Part shown: piece by piece, positions 7,297 through 15,554 of the stretch | How positions within the stretch are numbered: position 1 is the stretch's first letter | Layout: each line of letters opens with the position of its first letter | Assembly (NCBI RefSeq): GCF_017876815.1 | Contig: NZ_JAGIOS010000001.1 | Location: 210,001-242,000, forward strand | DNA: 32,000 nt | Direction: 5' to 3' | Origin: Sinorhizobium meliloti | GTDB taxonomy: Bacteria; Pseudomonadota; Alphaproteobacteria; Rhizobiales; Rhizobiaceae | Notes under the pieces: generated by a model | Databases searched by the model: none | What the model was told of the DNA's origin: nothing | What the model saw: the letters and a program-made list of their open reading frames with translations, nothing else | Translations under genes and position numbers: made by a program

Positions 7297-8337
7297 ATGA
7301 AAGCGATGTACTACGATGCCTTCGAGAAGATGCCGGAGATCCGGACGCTTCCCGATCCGGCGCCGACCGAGAACGGGGTCGTCATCAAGATCGAGGCGAC
7401 CGGCCTTTGCCGCAGCGACTGGCACGGCTGGATGGGGCACGACCCGGACATTCGTCTTCCGCATGTGCCGGGCCACGAACTGGCGGGCACGATCGCGGCC
7501 ACCGGGCGCGGGGTCCTCCGCTACAGGATCGGCGACCGGGTGACGGTACCCTTCGTTTCCGGTTGCGGCCGCTGCTTCGAATGCAGCTCCGGCAATAGCC
7601 AGGTCTGCGAAGCGCAGTTTCAACCGGGTTTCACCCACTGGGGCTCGTTCGCGGAATATGTGGCGATCGATTTTGCCGAGCAGAACCTCGTGCATCTGCC
7701 CGAGACCATGGATTTCGCAACGGCGGCGAGCCTCGGCTGCCGCTTCGCAACCTCTTTCCGTGCGGTCGTCGACCAGGCCCGCGTCAAGGGCGGTGAGTGG
7801 GTGGCAGTGCACGGCTGCGGCGGTGTTGGCCTCTCGGCAATCATGATCGCCGCCGCACTCGGAGCCAATCCAATCGCCATCGACATCTCGGAGGAGAAGC
7901 TCGCCTTCGCCCGGACGCTCGGGGCGGTCGCCACCATCAACGGCCGCGAGACGGAGGACGTCGCGGGAGCTGTCAGGGAACTCACCCGAGGTGGCGCCCA
8001 CGTCTCGCTCGATGCGCTCGGCTCACCCGTTACCTGCTTCAACTCGATCAAAAATCTGCGCCGCCGCGGCCGGCACGTCCAGGTCGGACTTATGCTGGCG
8101 GAGCAAGCGACGCCGCAGATCCCGATGGCGCAGGTGATCGGCCATGAGCTCGAGATCTATGGAAGCCACGGAATGCAGGCCTGGCGTTACGATGCCATGC
8201 TGGCGATGATCACCGCCGGGAAGCTGAACCCGAAGGCGTTGATCGGCCGTGAGATATCGCTCGAAGAGGCGGCGCCGGCACTGGCTGCGATGGACCGGGC
8301 GACGGACCTCGGCATCAGTGTCATCACGCGGTTCTGA
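7297..8337 (+). CDS. Zinc-dependent alcohol dehydrogenase (MDR superfamily)
   Basis: GLCRSDWH and GHELAG are catalytic Zn ligands, [15 protein letters not shown] is the structural Zn motif, and GCGGVG is the Rossmann motif. The start is at MKAMYYDAF, with GGGAGAG upstream. Confidence 0.9.
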   Translation: MKAMYYDAFEKMPEIRTLPDPAPTENGVVIKIEATGLCRSDWHGWMGHDPDIRLPHVPGHELAGTIAATGRGVLRYRIGDRVTVPFVSGCGRCFECSSGNSQVCEAQFQPGFTHWGSFAEYVAIDFAEQNLVHLPETMDFATAASLGCRFATSFRAVVDQARVKGGEWVAVHGCGGVGLSAIMIAAALGANPIAIDISEEKLAFARTLGAVATINGRETEDVAGAVRELTRGGAHVSLDALGSPVTCFNSIKNLRRRGRHVQVGLMLAEQATPQIPMAQVIGHELEIYGSHGMQAWRYDAMLAMITAGKLNPKALIGREISLEEAAPALAAMDRATDLGISVITRF

Positions 8338-8405
8338 CCCGGATTCCGGTCGCGGGCCGGCGCTGCTATTCTGCCGGCAACCCGAGACGAATCAGGAGGC
8401 ACGTC

Positions 8406-8957
8406 ATGGCTCTTGCGGTTCAGGCTATCGAGAACGCCTACTATCGGCCCGTTCTCGGCACGAATCCGGCGCATCCGAACGATTGGCCGGTGCGCCTCAT
8501 CGTGAGCTCGCAAACCGAGGCGCGGCACAATCGCGCGCTATGGGCGCCGACGCATCTCGTCTCGATCCGAGCGCCCGCGACGCGTCTGCTTTCGATGATC
8601 GACCTGCCGCCGGAGCGGCACCTGGAACTCCGCTTCGGCGACACCATCGACCCGGATGCCCCGGATGCTGCGCGTCCGGCGGCGATCGAGGCGACGTTCG
8701 CCTTCATCGACAGCCTGCCCGAAGAGGCACATTTGCTGATCCACTGCCTCAGGGGCATCGGGCGCTCGACGGCGCTGACCCTCGGCGTTCTGGCGCGCTA
8801 TATGGGACCGGAGGAGGCTGCGGCAGCGCTTCACGCGCTGCGCCCGGAGGCGAAGCCGAACCGGCACGTGCTCGGCCTTTTCGACGCGGCTCTCGGGCTC
8901 AAGGGCAAACTTGCGAAACAGGCGCTGCGTTTCCCGGCAAAGGTTTGGAAAGATTGA
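8406..8957 (+). CDS. Tyrosine/dual-specificity phosphatase-family protein (CX5R active site)
   Basis: HCLRGIGRS matches the HCxxGxxR(S/T) P-loop of Cys-based phosphatases. AGGAGG lies 5 nt upstream of the ATG. Confidence 0.7.
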   Translation: MALAVQAIENAYYRPVLGTNPAHPNDWPVRLIVSSQTEARHNRALWAPTHLVSIRAPATRLLSMIDLPPERHLELRFGDTIDPDAPDAARPAAIEATFAFIDSLPEEAHLLIHCLRGIGRSTALTLGVLARYMGPEEAAAALHALRPEAKPNRHVLGLFDAALGLKGKLAKQALRFPAKVWKD

Positions 8958-9137
8958 ACGAAGGCGGGCGACGAAGACATTGTGCGGCGCACAAAGTTTT
9001 GACATGATGCACGCAAAAGAATGCTGAGGCACAGCGTCTCCGACGCAATGCCACAAGCCCCTGCCCGGCGGCCACGCGCGCGATATGGTGAAAACCTCCG
9101 GCGCACCGCCCGGACGGTGGATAGACGGGAGAACTCG

Positions 9138-9800
9138 ATGTCTTACGCGGCCTATGTCTTCGACGCCTATGGCACGCTTTTCGACGTGCATGCGGCCGTA
9201 CGCCGGCACGCCGAGGCGATCGGGCCGGACGGCCAGGCCTTTTCGGAACTCTGGCGCGCCAAGCAGCTCGAATATTCCTGGGTGCGCTCGCTGATGGGCG
9301 CCTATGTCGACTTCTGGGAATTGACCGAGCAATCGCTCGACTACGCCTTTCAGCGCTTCCCCTCCGCCGATCCCAAGCTCAAAAAGCCTCTTCTCGATGC
9401 CTATTGGGCGCTCGACTGTTATCCGGAAGTTCCCGCTGTCCTCAAGGGATTGAAGGAACTCGGCGCCCGTATCGCCATTCTTTCCAACGGTTCGCCGGCC
9501 ATGTTGGCCTCGGCCGTCAAGAACGCCGCCCTCGATATCATCATCGACGACGTTTTCTCGGTGGATGCCGTCAAGGCGTTCAAGACGGCACCGGCTGTCT
9601 ACGATCTGGTGACGACGAGCTACCGGCTCTACCCGCAGGCGGTCTCGTTCCAGTCCTCGAACCGGTGGGATATCGCCGGCGCCACGAAATTCGGTTTTCG
9701 CACGGTCTGGATCAACAGAGCCGACGGGCCGGATGAATACAAGGACCATGGTCCTTCGCTGATCCTCCCCTCGCTCGAAAGCTTGCAGTTCGGCATATGA
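9138..9800 (+). CDS. Haloacid dehalogenase type II (HAD superfamily)
   Basis: The start YVFDAYGTLFDV carries HAD motif I (DxYGT), with RAKQLEYSW, ILSNGS and SSNRWDIAGA also typical of L-2-haloacid dehalogenases. GGGAGAA lies upstream of the ATG at 9138. Confidence 0.85.
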   Translation: MSYAAYVFDAYGTLFDVHAAVRRHAEAIGPDGQAFSELWRAKQLEYSWVRSLMGAYVDFWELTEQSLDYAFQRFPSADPKLKKPLLDAYWALDCYPEVPAVLKGLKELGARIAILSNGSPAMLASAVKNAALDIIIDDVFSVDAVKAFKTAPAVYDLVTTSYRLYPQAVSFQSSNRWDIAGATKFGFRTVWINRADGPDEYKDHGPSLILPSLESLQFGI

Positions 9801-9813
9801 AGGAGCCACGCCC

Positions 9814-10587
9814 ATGTCCTGGTCGGCAGCGCAATATGCCAAGTTCGAGGACGAGCGGACGCGTCCGGCGCGCGACTTGCTGGCGCAGGTACCCGATCTG
9901 CCCGCTGGCCCCGCCTTCGACCTCGGCTGCGGCCCGGGAAATTCGACCGAGTTGATCCTCGCACGATTTCCGGGCAGCCCGCTTACCGGCATCGACAGCG
10001 ACGATGACATGCTTTCGGCCGCGCGCACCCGCTTGCCGGACCTGCGCTTCGAAAGAGGCGACCTCGCTGCCTGGACGCCGCCGGCGGAAAGCGCGCTCTT
10101 CTTCGCCAATGCGGTCTTCCAGTGGCTGCCGGAGCACGTCACGCTTTTCGAGCGGCTCATCCTGGCGCTTGCGCCCGGCGGAACGCTCGCGGTGCAGATG
10201 CCCGACAATCTCGATGAACCGACGCATCTTCTGATGGAGGAAACGGCAGAGGAGTCCGCCTTCGCCCCGGCCTTCGCCGGCCGCACCATTCGGCGCAGGT
10301 CCCTGCCTTCACCGGCGACCTATGTCGAAAGGCTCGCCTCGAAGGAGGTCCGGGTCGATGTCTGGCACACCGTTTACTATCACCAGCTCGCGAATGCGAA
10401 CGCGATTGTCGAATGGGTGAAGGGCACGGGATTACGCCCCTATCTCGACGCGCTGCCCACCACCCAACGCGCCGGCTACCTTGCCGCCTATGCCGAAAAG
10501 ATCAGGAAGGCCTATCCGGCGATGAAAAATGGGCGCGTGCTCCTGCGTTTCCCTCGGCTTTTCATCGTGGCGACAAGAAATCTCTAG
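9814..10587 (+). CDS. tam: Trans-aconitate 2-methyltransferase
   Basis: MSWSAAQYAKFEDERTRPARDLLAQVP plus the SAM motif DLGCGPGNST and ANAVFQWLP are hallmarks of Tam. The TAG stop (10585-10587) lies inside the adjacent repeat. Confidence 0.9.
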   Translation: MSWSAAQYAKFEDERTRPARDLLAQVPDLPAGPAFDLGCGPGNSTELILARFPGSPLTGIDSDDDMLSAARTRLPDLRFERGDLAAWTPPAESALFFANAVFQWLPEHVTLFERLILALAPGGTLAVQMPDNLDEPTHLLMEETAEESAFAPAFAGRTIRRRSLPSPATYVERLASKEVRVDVWHTVYYHQLANANAIVEWVKGTGLRPYLDALPTTQRAGYLAAYAEKIRKAYPAMKNGRVLLRFPRLFIVATRNL

Positions 10588-10675
10588 AGCGAGGAAAAGT
10601 GTGTGCGGTTTTCCCTATTGGAATCGATCACGTTCATGTTTTTAGGTCGACCCGACCTAAAAACATCGTGATCTA
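10585..10675. repeat. Second copy of the composite repeat (truncated module 1 plus complete module 2)
   Basis: tagagcgaggaaaagtgtgtgcggttttccctattggaatcgatcacgttcatgtttttaggtcgacccgacctaaaaacatcgtgatcta aligns almost base-for-base with 6132-6246. It lacks the right arm of module 1. Confidence 0.9.
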
Positions 10676-10898
10676 AGGCCTGTTGAGATTTGGATTTCCT
10701 GCCGCGGCTTGTTTGATCTCCTCATCCCTGTGCTCGTCACAGGGATCCAGCCAGACCAAGTCCTTGGGCTGAAAGACCTCTTCCCGCGCCGCCGACGCGG
10801 CGCCGCTGGATCTCTGTGACAAGCACAGGGCGAGAGAAGCGCCATCATCCATCTCGCAGCAACCGTCTTAGACTCCAGATGAATCTCAACAGGCCTTA
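10674..10898. mobile_element. MITE-like non-coding palindromic element with 17-bp perfect terminal inverted repeats
   Basis: TAAGGCCTGTTGAGATT at 10674-10690 is the exact reverse complement of AATCTCAACAGGCCTTA at 10882-10898. An internal second inverted pair, CCCTGTGCTCGTCACAGGGATCCAGC (10727-10752) and GCTGGATCTCTGTGACAAGCACAGGG (10805-10830), matches at 24/26. There is no plausible ORF. The outermost TA on each side could be a TA target duplication. Confidence 0.6.
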
Positions 10899-10936
10899 GA
10901 GCGGGATGAGGAAAACTGCGCGCGGTTTTCCGCCGG
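10897..10936. repeat. Third copy of repeat module 1 (left arm and core only)
   Basis: tagagcgggatgaggaaaactgcgcgcggttttccgccgg corresponds to 6132-6171. Confidence 0.8.
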
Positions 10937-11044
10937 ACAGGCGCGGCCGTGTTTTCCGGACAAGCTTGAAGGCGCGCCTTGCGCGGACAAGTATAGGAGA
11001 TCGCGCCTCGGCCCCGCCGGGCGCTCGCAGCGAAGGAGTTCTCA

Positions 11045-11872
11045 ATGCATGCAGTCAGTTCCAACGGCGCCAATATTCCCGCGCTCGGCTTCGGCACATT
11101 CCGTATGTCCGGAGCGGAGGTGCTTCGCATCCTGCCGCAGGCCCTGAAGCTCGGTTTCCGCCACGTCGACACCGCACAGATCTACGGCAACGAGGCGGAA
11201 GTCGGCGAGGCCATCCAAAAGTCCGGCATTCCACGGGCGGACGTCTTCCTGACCACGAAGGTCTGGGTCGACAACTATCGCCACGACGCCTTCATCGCCT
11301 CGGTCGATGAGAGCCTGAGAAAGCTGAGGACCGACCATGTCGATCTGCTGCTTCTGCACTGGCCGGGGAGCGACGTGCCGATGGCCGAACGGATCGGCGC
11401 GCTGAACGAGGTGCGGAATGCCGGCAAGGTACGCCATATCGGCATCAGCAATTTCAACACCACGCAAATGGAAGAGGCGGCGCGTCTCAGCGATGCGCCG
11501 ATCGCCACGAATCAAGTCGAGTATCACCCCTATCTCGACCAGACCAAGGTCCTCCAGACGGCGCGGCGGCTCGGAATGTCGCTCACGTCCTACTATGCCA
11601 TGGCCAACGGCAAAGTGCCTGCCGACCCGCTACTCACGGAAATCGGCGGCCGCCACGGCAAGACGGCGGCGCAAGTGGCGCTGCGCTGGCTCGTGCAACA
11701 GCAGGACGTGATCGTGCTTTCGAAGACGGCGACGGAGGCGCGGCTCAAGGAGAATTTCGCGATATTCGACTTCGCGCTGACGCGGGAGGAGATGGCGGCA
11801 GTCCGCGAGCTTGCCCGCCCGAACGGGCGGATCGTCAATCCGCAGGGTCTTGCTCCCGAATGGGATGCGTGA
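11045..11872 (+). CDS. Aldo/keto reductase (2,5-diketo-D-gluconate reductase-like)
   Basis: GFGTFRM, GFRHVDTAQIYGNE, LLLHWP, GISNF and NQVEYHPYL form the canonical AKR catalytic and signature set. GAAGGAG lies upstream of the ATG. Confidence 0.9.
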   Translation: MHAVSSNGANIPALGFGTFRMSGAEVLRILPQALKLGFRHVDTAQIYGNEAEVGEAIQKSGIPRADVFLTTKVWVDNYRHDAFIASVDESLRKLRTDHVDLLLLHWPGSDVPMAERIGALNEVRNAGKVRHIGISNFNTTQMEEAARLSDAPIATNQVEYHPYLDQTKVLQTARRLGMSLTSYYAMANGKVPADPLLTEIGGRHGKTAAQVALRWLVQQQDVIVLSKTATEARLKENFAIFDFALTREEMAAVRELARPNGRIVNPQGLAPEWDA

Positions 11873-11890
11873 GGGGAAGGCATTCCGGCC

Positions 11891-11919
11891 GCCCCTCTGG
11901 CCGGCAGGCCAGAGGGGGC
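11891..11919. terminator. GC-rich hairpin between convergent genes (likely bidirectional terminator)
   Basis: GCCCCTCTGGCC-GGCA-GGCCAGAGGGGC. There is no clean U-tract on either side. Confidence 0.5.
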
Positions 11920-11935
11920 ATTGATCGCGGTGCCA

Positions 11936-12331
11936 TCAAACGAACTGGCTGAGGCCCGGAACGGAGGCGACCACCTCGTCGACGACTTCGTCGCCCGCCT
12001 TCTCCTTGGCAAATGCGATCGTCTCTTTGGCGAGCGCCGTGATCTCTCCCATGCCGAGACCCTGGCTCATCAATTGCTGCCCGAGCGCCATGACGCCGCC
12101 GCCGCCGCCGATCGCGGACATCAGCCCGCCAAGAAGGCCGCCACCATTGCTGCCCTCGCCATTGTACTGGGCGACCAGTTCGGGCGCACCGGGGATCGCC
12201 TCGATCATCTGGGCGACCGGGCCTTCGGCGGCCTCACGCTGCAGGAAGCCGAGGATCATCCCGACTGCCTTTTCCGCCGTTGCGGTCTCGATTCCGACAT
12301 TTTCCGCCACGCGCGTGACCAGTTCACTCAT
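11936..12331 (-). CDS. Hypothetical protein with a Gly-rich central linker
   Basis: 131-aa ORF with GAGGAG upstream of the ATG. It has an acidic helical N-terminal part, a GGGLLGGLMSAIGGGGG segment, and a C-terminal helical part. I do not recognise the family with confidence. Confidence 0.65.
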   Translation of the reverse strand: MSELVTRVAENVGIETATAEKAVGMILGFLQREAAEGPVAQMIEAIPGAPELVAQYNGEGSNGGGLLGGLMSAIGGGGGVMALGQQLMSQGLGMGEITALAKETIAFAKEKAGDEVVDEVVASVPGLSQFV

Positions 12332-12621
12332 GGAAATCTCCTCAATCGAATTTTGACGTTAACGTCAAGGTAAATGAACGATGCCGGGATGACAAGGGCA
12401 TCGAAACGAACCCCGAATACCATATCCGCCACCTCCGCAGCATCGTTTCACGGAGCTCGCCAGATGGCAAACCGGCCTTGTTCCCGTCCGCAATCATGTT
12501 GCCGGGAACAAACGCACCGCCTATAACAGATCCACGCTATGTTTCGATGACCGACTTTGTGCGACATGCGGGAAATACCCGCTTTCATTGATAAAATTGA
12601 CAAGACGGAGATGAAGCCCCC

Positions 12622-14184
12622 ATGCTGCAGGAAGGCAAGATCTATATCGGAACCAGCCGCAAGCCGGACGATTCGATCAACAAAGGCGAATATCTGGAGC
12701 TGAAGTTCGGCAATCGCCACGGGCTGATCACCGGCGCCACGGGGACCGGCAAGACCGTCACGCTGCAGATCCTGGCCGAGGGTTTCTCCAACGCGGGGGT
12801 TCCGGTCTTCTGTGCGGACGTCAAGGGCGACCTCTCCGGTATCGGCGCGATGGGCGAGCCCAAGGACTTCCTGCTGAAGCGCGCCGAACAGATCGGCCTC
12901 GACCCATACGATTTCCAGGAATTCCCGGTGATCTTCTGGGATCTCTATGGCGAGAAGGGCCACAGGGTCCGCACCACCATCTCCGAAATGGGCCCGCTGC
13001 TTCTGTCGCGGCTGATGAATGCGACGGACGCGCAGGAAGGCGTGTTGAACATCGCTTTCAAGATCGCCGACGAGGGCGGCCTGCCGCTGCTCGACCTCAA
13101 GGACCTGCAGGCGCTGCTCAATTACATGGGCGAGAATGCGAGCGAGCTTTCCAATCAGTTCGGCTTCATTTCCAAGGCCTCCGTCGGCTCGATCCAGCGC
13201 GAACTCCTGATCCTGGAACAGCAGGGTGCGGAGCATTTCTTCGGCGAGCCGGCGCTGAAGATCACCGACATCATGCGGACCACCAATGACGGGCGCGGCG
13301 CGATTTCGGTGCTTGCCGCCGACAAGCTGATGATGAACCCGCGTCTCTACGCGACCTTCCTGCTGTGGCTCTTGTCCGAGCTGTTCGAAGAGCTGCCCGA
13401 AGTCGGCGATCCCGACAAGCCGAAGCTGGTGTTCTTCTTCGACGAGGCACATCTGCTCTTCAACGATGCGCCGAAGGTTCTCGTCGAGCGTGTCGAACAG
13501 GTCGTCCGCCTGATCCGCTCTAAGGGCGTCGGCGTCTATTTCGTCACGCAGAACCCGCTGGACGTACCGGAGGCGGTCCTCGCACAGCTCGGCAACCGCA
13601 TCCAGCACGCGCTGCGCGCCTATTCCCCGCGCGAACAAAAGGCCGTCAAGACGGCTGCCGACACATTCCGCCCGAACCCCGACTTCAATTGTGCCGACGT
13701 GATCACCAACCTTGGCACCGGCGAGGCTCTGGTCTCGACGCTCGAGGGCAAGGGATCGCCGTCGATCGTCGAGAGAACCCTGGTCCGGCCGCCTGCGTCG
13801 CGCCTGGGCCCGCTCACAGATGCGGAGCGGCAGAAGGTGGTGGACGTGAGCCCGGTGCGCGGTCTCTATGACGAGGACTTCGAGCGCGACTCAGCCTACG
13901 AGATGCTCGCCAAACGTGCGGCCAAGGCAGCGGAACAGGCGGAGGCTGCCCGGCAGGCTGAAGAAAAACCGGCCGAGGATACTTCCGGCGGCAGCCGCTG
14001 GACCCTGCCCGGCTTCGGCGACGACACGGCCGAAGCGCCCTCCGGCAAGCAGGCCCGGCCGCGATCCTCCGGCTACAAACGGGAGACCATCATGGAAGCT
14101 GCGATGAAGTCGGTGGCACGAACGGTTGCGACCCAGGTGGGACGAGCCCTTGTGCGCGGCATTCTCGGCAGCCTGAAGCGGTAG
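12622..14184 (+). CDS. yjgR: DUF853-family (YjgR / HerA-like) P-loop NTPase
   Basis: Walker A is GATGTGKT and Walker B is LVFFFDEAH. FCADVKGDLSG, the overall 520-aa length and the basic C-terminal tail are all typical of DUF853/YjgR. Confidence 0.85.
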   Translation: MLQEGKIYIGTSRKPDDSINKGEYLELKFGNRHGLITGATGTGKTVTLQILAEGFSNAGVPVFCADVKGDLSGIGAMGEPKDFLLKRAEQIGLDPYDFQEFPVIFWDLYGEKGHRVRTTISEMGPLLLSRLMNATDAQEGVLNIAFKIADEGGLPLLDLKDLQALLNYMGENASELSNQFGFISKASVGSIQRELLILEQQGAEHFFGEPALKITDIMRTTNDGRGAISVLAADKLMMNPRLYATFLLWLLSELFEELPEVGDPDKPKLVFFFDEAHLLFNDAPKVLVERVEQVVRLIRSKGVGVYFVTQNPLDVPEAVLAQLGNRIQHALRAYSPREQKAVKTAADTFRPNPDFNCADVITNLGTGEALVSTLEGKGSPSIVERTLVRPPASRLGPLTDAERQKVVDVSPVRGLYDEDFERDSAYEMLAKRAAKAAEQAEAARQAEEKPAEDTSGGSRWTLPGFGDDTAEAPSGKQARPRSSGYKRETIMEAAMKSVARTVATQVGRALVRGILGSLKR

Positions 14185-14192
14185 GGTCGGCC

Positions 14193-14405
14193 ATGGACGT
14201 CAAGGATTCGAACGGCGCCGTTCTCAAGGACGGCGACAATGTCATCCTGATCAAGGATCTGAAGGTAAAGGGAACGTCCGCCACGCTGAAGCGCGGCACG
14301 TTGGTCAAGGGCATCCGCCTGACGGACGATCCGGACGAGGTCGAATGCCGGGTCGAAAAAATCAAGGGCCTGGTGCTGCGTACCGAGTTTCTGAAGAAGG
14401 CGTGA
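14193..14405 (+). CDS. PhnA/YjdM C-terminal-domain small protein
   Basis: The 70-aa sequence DSNGAVLKDGDNVILIKDLKVKGTSATLKRGTLVKGIRL...EVECRVEKIKGLVLRTEFLKKA matches the PhnA C-terminal domain and lacks the N-terminal zinc ribbon. It starts 9 nt after the yjgR-like stop. Confidence 0.8.
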   Translation: MDVKDSNGAVLKDGDNVILIKDLKVKGTSATLKRGTLVKGIRLTDDPDEVECRVEKIKGLVLRTEFLKKA

Positions 14406-14457
14406 TGCGTCCCGGTCGATCCCCGACACTTGCTTGCGGCGGAACTGCCGGGGCAAG

Positions 14458-14483
14458 CCGAAGCCCGGAGTGACGGGCTTCGG
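14458..14483. terminator. 10-bp hairpin between convergent genes
   Basis: CCGAAGCCCG-GAGTGA-CGGGCTTCGG, with no U-tract. Confidence 0.4.
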
Positions 14484-14501
14484 TAATCTGCAACGGTCCG
14501 A

Positions 14502-14924
14502 TCAGGCCACCGTCAGCTTAACGTCGACATTGCCCCTGGTCGCATGGCTATAGGGGCAAACGATATGCGCCTTCTGGACGAGGTCTTCCAGCACGGCCTT
14601 TTCGACGCCGGGTGACGAGATTTCCAGCGCCGCGTCGATAAAGAAGCCTGTGCCGTCGTCGCGGGGTCCGATGCCGACCGTGCCCGTCACCGTCGTGTCT
14701 TCCGCAAGCTTTACCTTCTCCTTGCCGGCGACGAATTTCAGTGCACCGAGGAAGCAGGCGGAATAACCGGCGGCAAAGAGTTGCTCGGGATTGGTGCCGC
14801 GCGCGCCGTCGCCTCCGAGTTCCTTCGGAACGGTCAGCGTCACGTCGAGAACGCCGTCCTTGCTCTTGGCCTGGCCGGCGCGGCCGCCGGTCGCGGACGC
14901 GGTAGTGCGATAGAGGATGGGCAT
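14502..14924 (-). CDS. ohr: Organic hydroperoxide resistance protein (OsmC/Ohr family)
   Basis: [30 protein letters not shown]...[14 protein letters not shown]...[11 protein letters not shown] carries the two conserved Ohr cysteines. AAGGAGAC lies upstream of the ATG at 14922-14924. Confidence 0.95.
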   Translation of the reverse strand: MPILYRTTASATGGRAGQAKSKDGVLDVTLTVPKELGGDGARGTNPEQLFAAGYSACFLGALKFVAGKEKVKLAEDTTVTGTVGIGPRDDGTGFFIDAALEISSPGVEKAVLEDLVQKAHIVCPYSHATRGNVDVKLTVA

Positions 14925-14979
14925 GACAGTCTCCTTCCTTGTGGTTGCCGGATTTATATATCGCAAGATTAAATAGCGC

Positions 14980-15006
14980 GCAAATTAATTTTGCAAATTG
15001 CTTTGC
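14980..15006. promoter_or_regulatory. Putative OhrR operator(s) in the ohr-ohrR divergent region
   Basis: Two overlapping AT-rich imperfect dyads, GCAAATTAATTTTGC (14980-14994) and GCAAATTGCTTTGC (14993-15006), lie between divergent ohr and ohrR. OhrR boxes are typically AT-rich dyads of this type. This matches my recollection of the S. meliloti ohr region and needs verification. Confidence 0.65.
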
Positions 15007-15032
15007 CGGCGTGAATTTGCGACAATGACATC

Positions 15033-15509
15033 ATGACGAGGAAAGCGGCAAAATTCGACGCGGATTCCGATGAGGCGCTGGCGCTCGGACGCCAGCTCTG
15101 TTTCGCCGTCTACTCGGCGGCGCATGCCTTCAATCGCGCCTACAAGCCGTTGCTCGACCGCTTCGGGCTGACCTATCCGCAATATCTCGTGCTGCTCACT
15201 CTCTGGCAGCAGGACCGCATGACGGTGAAACGAATCGGCGAAGAGCTGGGCCTCGATTCAGGCACCCTTTCGCCTCTGCTCAAGCGGCTGGAAGCAGCCG
15301 GCTATGTCCGCCGTGTACGCGATGCGGCGGACGAGCGGCAGGTGATCGTCAGCCTGACGGATGGCGGCCGGGAGCTGAAGGCCGAAGCCTTCGGTATTCT
15401 GCGCGACATCGGCAGTGCATCAGGCTGCAGCCTGGAGGAGGTCGGCGAGTTGCGCGACGCGCTGCACCGGCTGACGCAGCGGCTTGCCGGTAGTCGACAC
15501 GAAAGCTGA
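15033..15509 (+). CDS. ohrR: MarR-family organic hydroperoxide sensor/repressor
   Basis: The N-terminal reactive Cys context (LGRQLCFAVYSA), a MarR winged helix (TYPQYLVLLTLW...RLEAAGYVRR), and divergent placement next to ohr. Confidence 0.9.
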   Translation: MTRKAAKFDADSDEALALGRQLCFAVYSAAHAFNRAYKPLLDRFGLTYPQYLVLLTLWQQDRMTVKRIGEELGLDSGTLSPLLKRLEAAGYVRRVRDAADERQVIVSLTDGGRELKAEAFGILRDIGSASGCSLEEVGELRDALHRLTQRLAGSRHES

Positions 15510-15522
15510 CAAGAGCACCTGC

Positions 15523-15552
15523 AGGAACAGTGCATAACGGTTTTCCGTCCGG
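15523..15552. repeat. Short copy of the dispersed core motif (GGAAxAGTG-N6-CGGTTTTCCGTCCGG)
   Basis: aggaacagtgcataacggttttccgtccgg lies between convergent ohrR and the L,D-transpeptidase gene. Its 3' half is identical to the 3' half of 441-469. Confidence 0.55.
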
Positions 15553-15554
15553 CG

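Noticed and set aside
451-7300. N-terminal extensions given by the ORF track for several genes (the MerR-family gene at 451, GNAT at 1078, cycF at 3243, sodB at 5490, VOC at 5684, aminotransferase at 7216, ADH at 7204, and similarly HAD at 9021, ohr at 14966, GST at 21780, betI at 27523)
   Set aside because: In each case an internal ATG is preceded by a good Shine-Dalgarno and gives an N-terminus matching the family's usual start. The extensions are low-complexity and often overlap the neighbouring gene or promoter.
8538-10289. Very long ORFs in the six-frame track (for example 8538-10289 minus 583 aa, 12448-13638 minus, 17654-19309 plus, 24801-26372 minus, 25298-26785 plus, 28109-29965 minus, 29658-31988 minus)
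   Set aside because: Each lies antisense to, or out of frame with, a gene that has clear family motifs. Their translations are Arg/Ala/Gly/Pro-rich low-complexity strings with no recognisable domains. These are typical shadow ORFs of high-GC genomes.
12332-12621. EcfG/RpoE2-type general stress promoter (GGAAC-N16/17-CGTT) upstream of the Gly-rich hypothetical gene, the 23-codon ORF and other small genes
   Set aside because: A manual scan of the intergenic regions on both strands found GGAAC pentamers, but none had CGTT at the required spacing.
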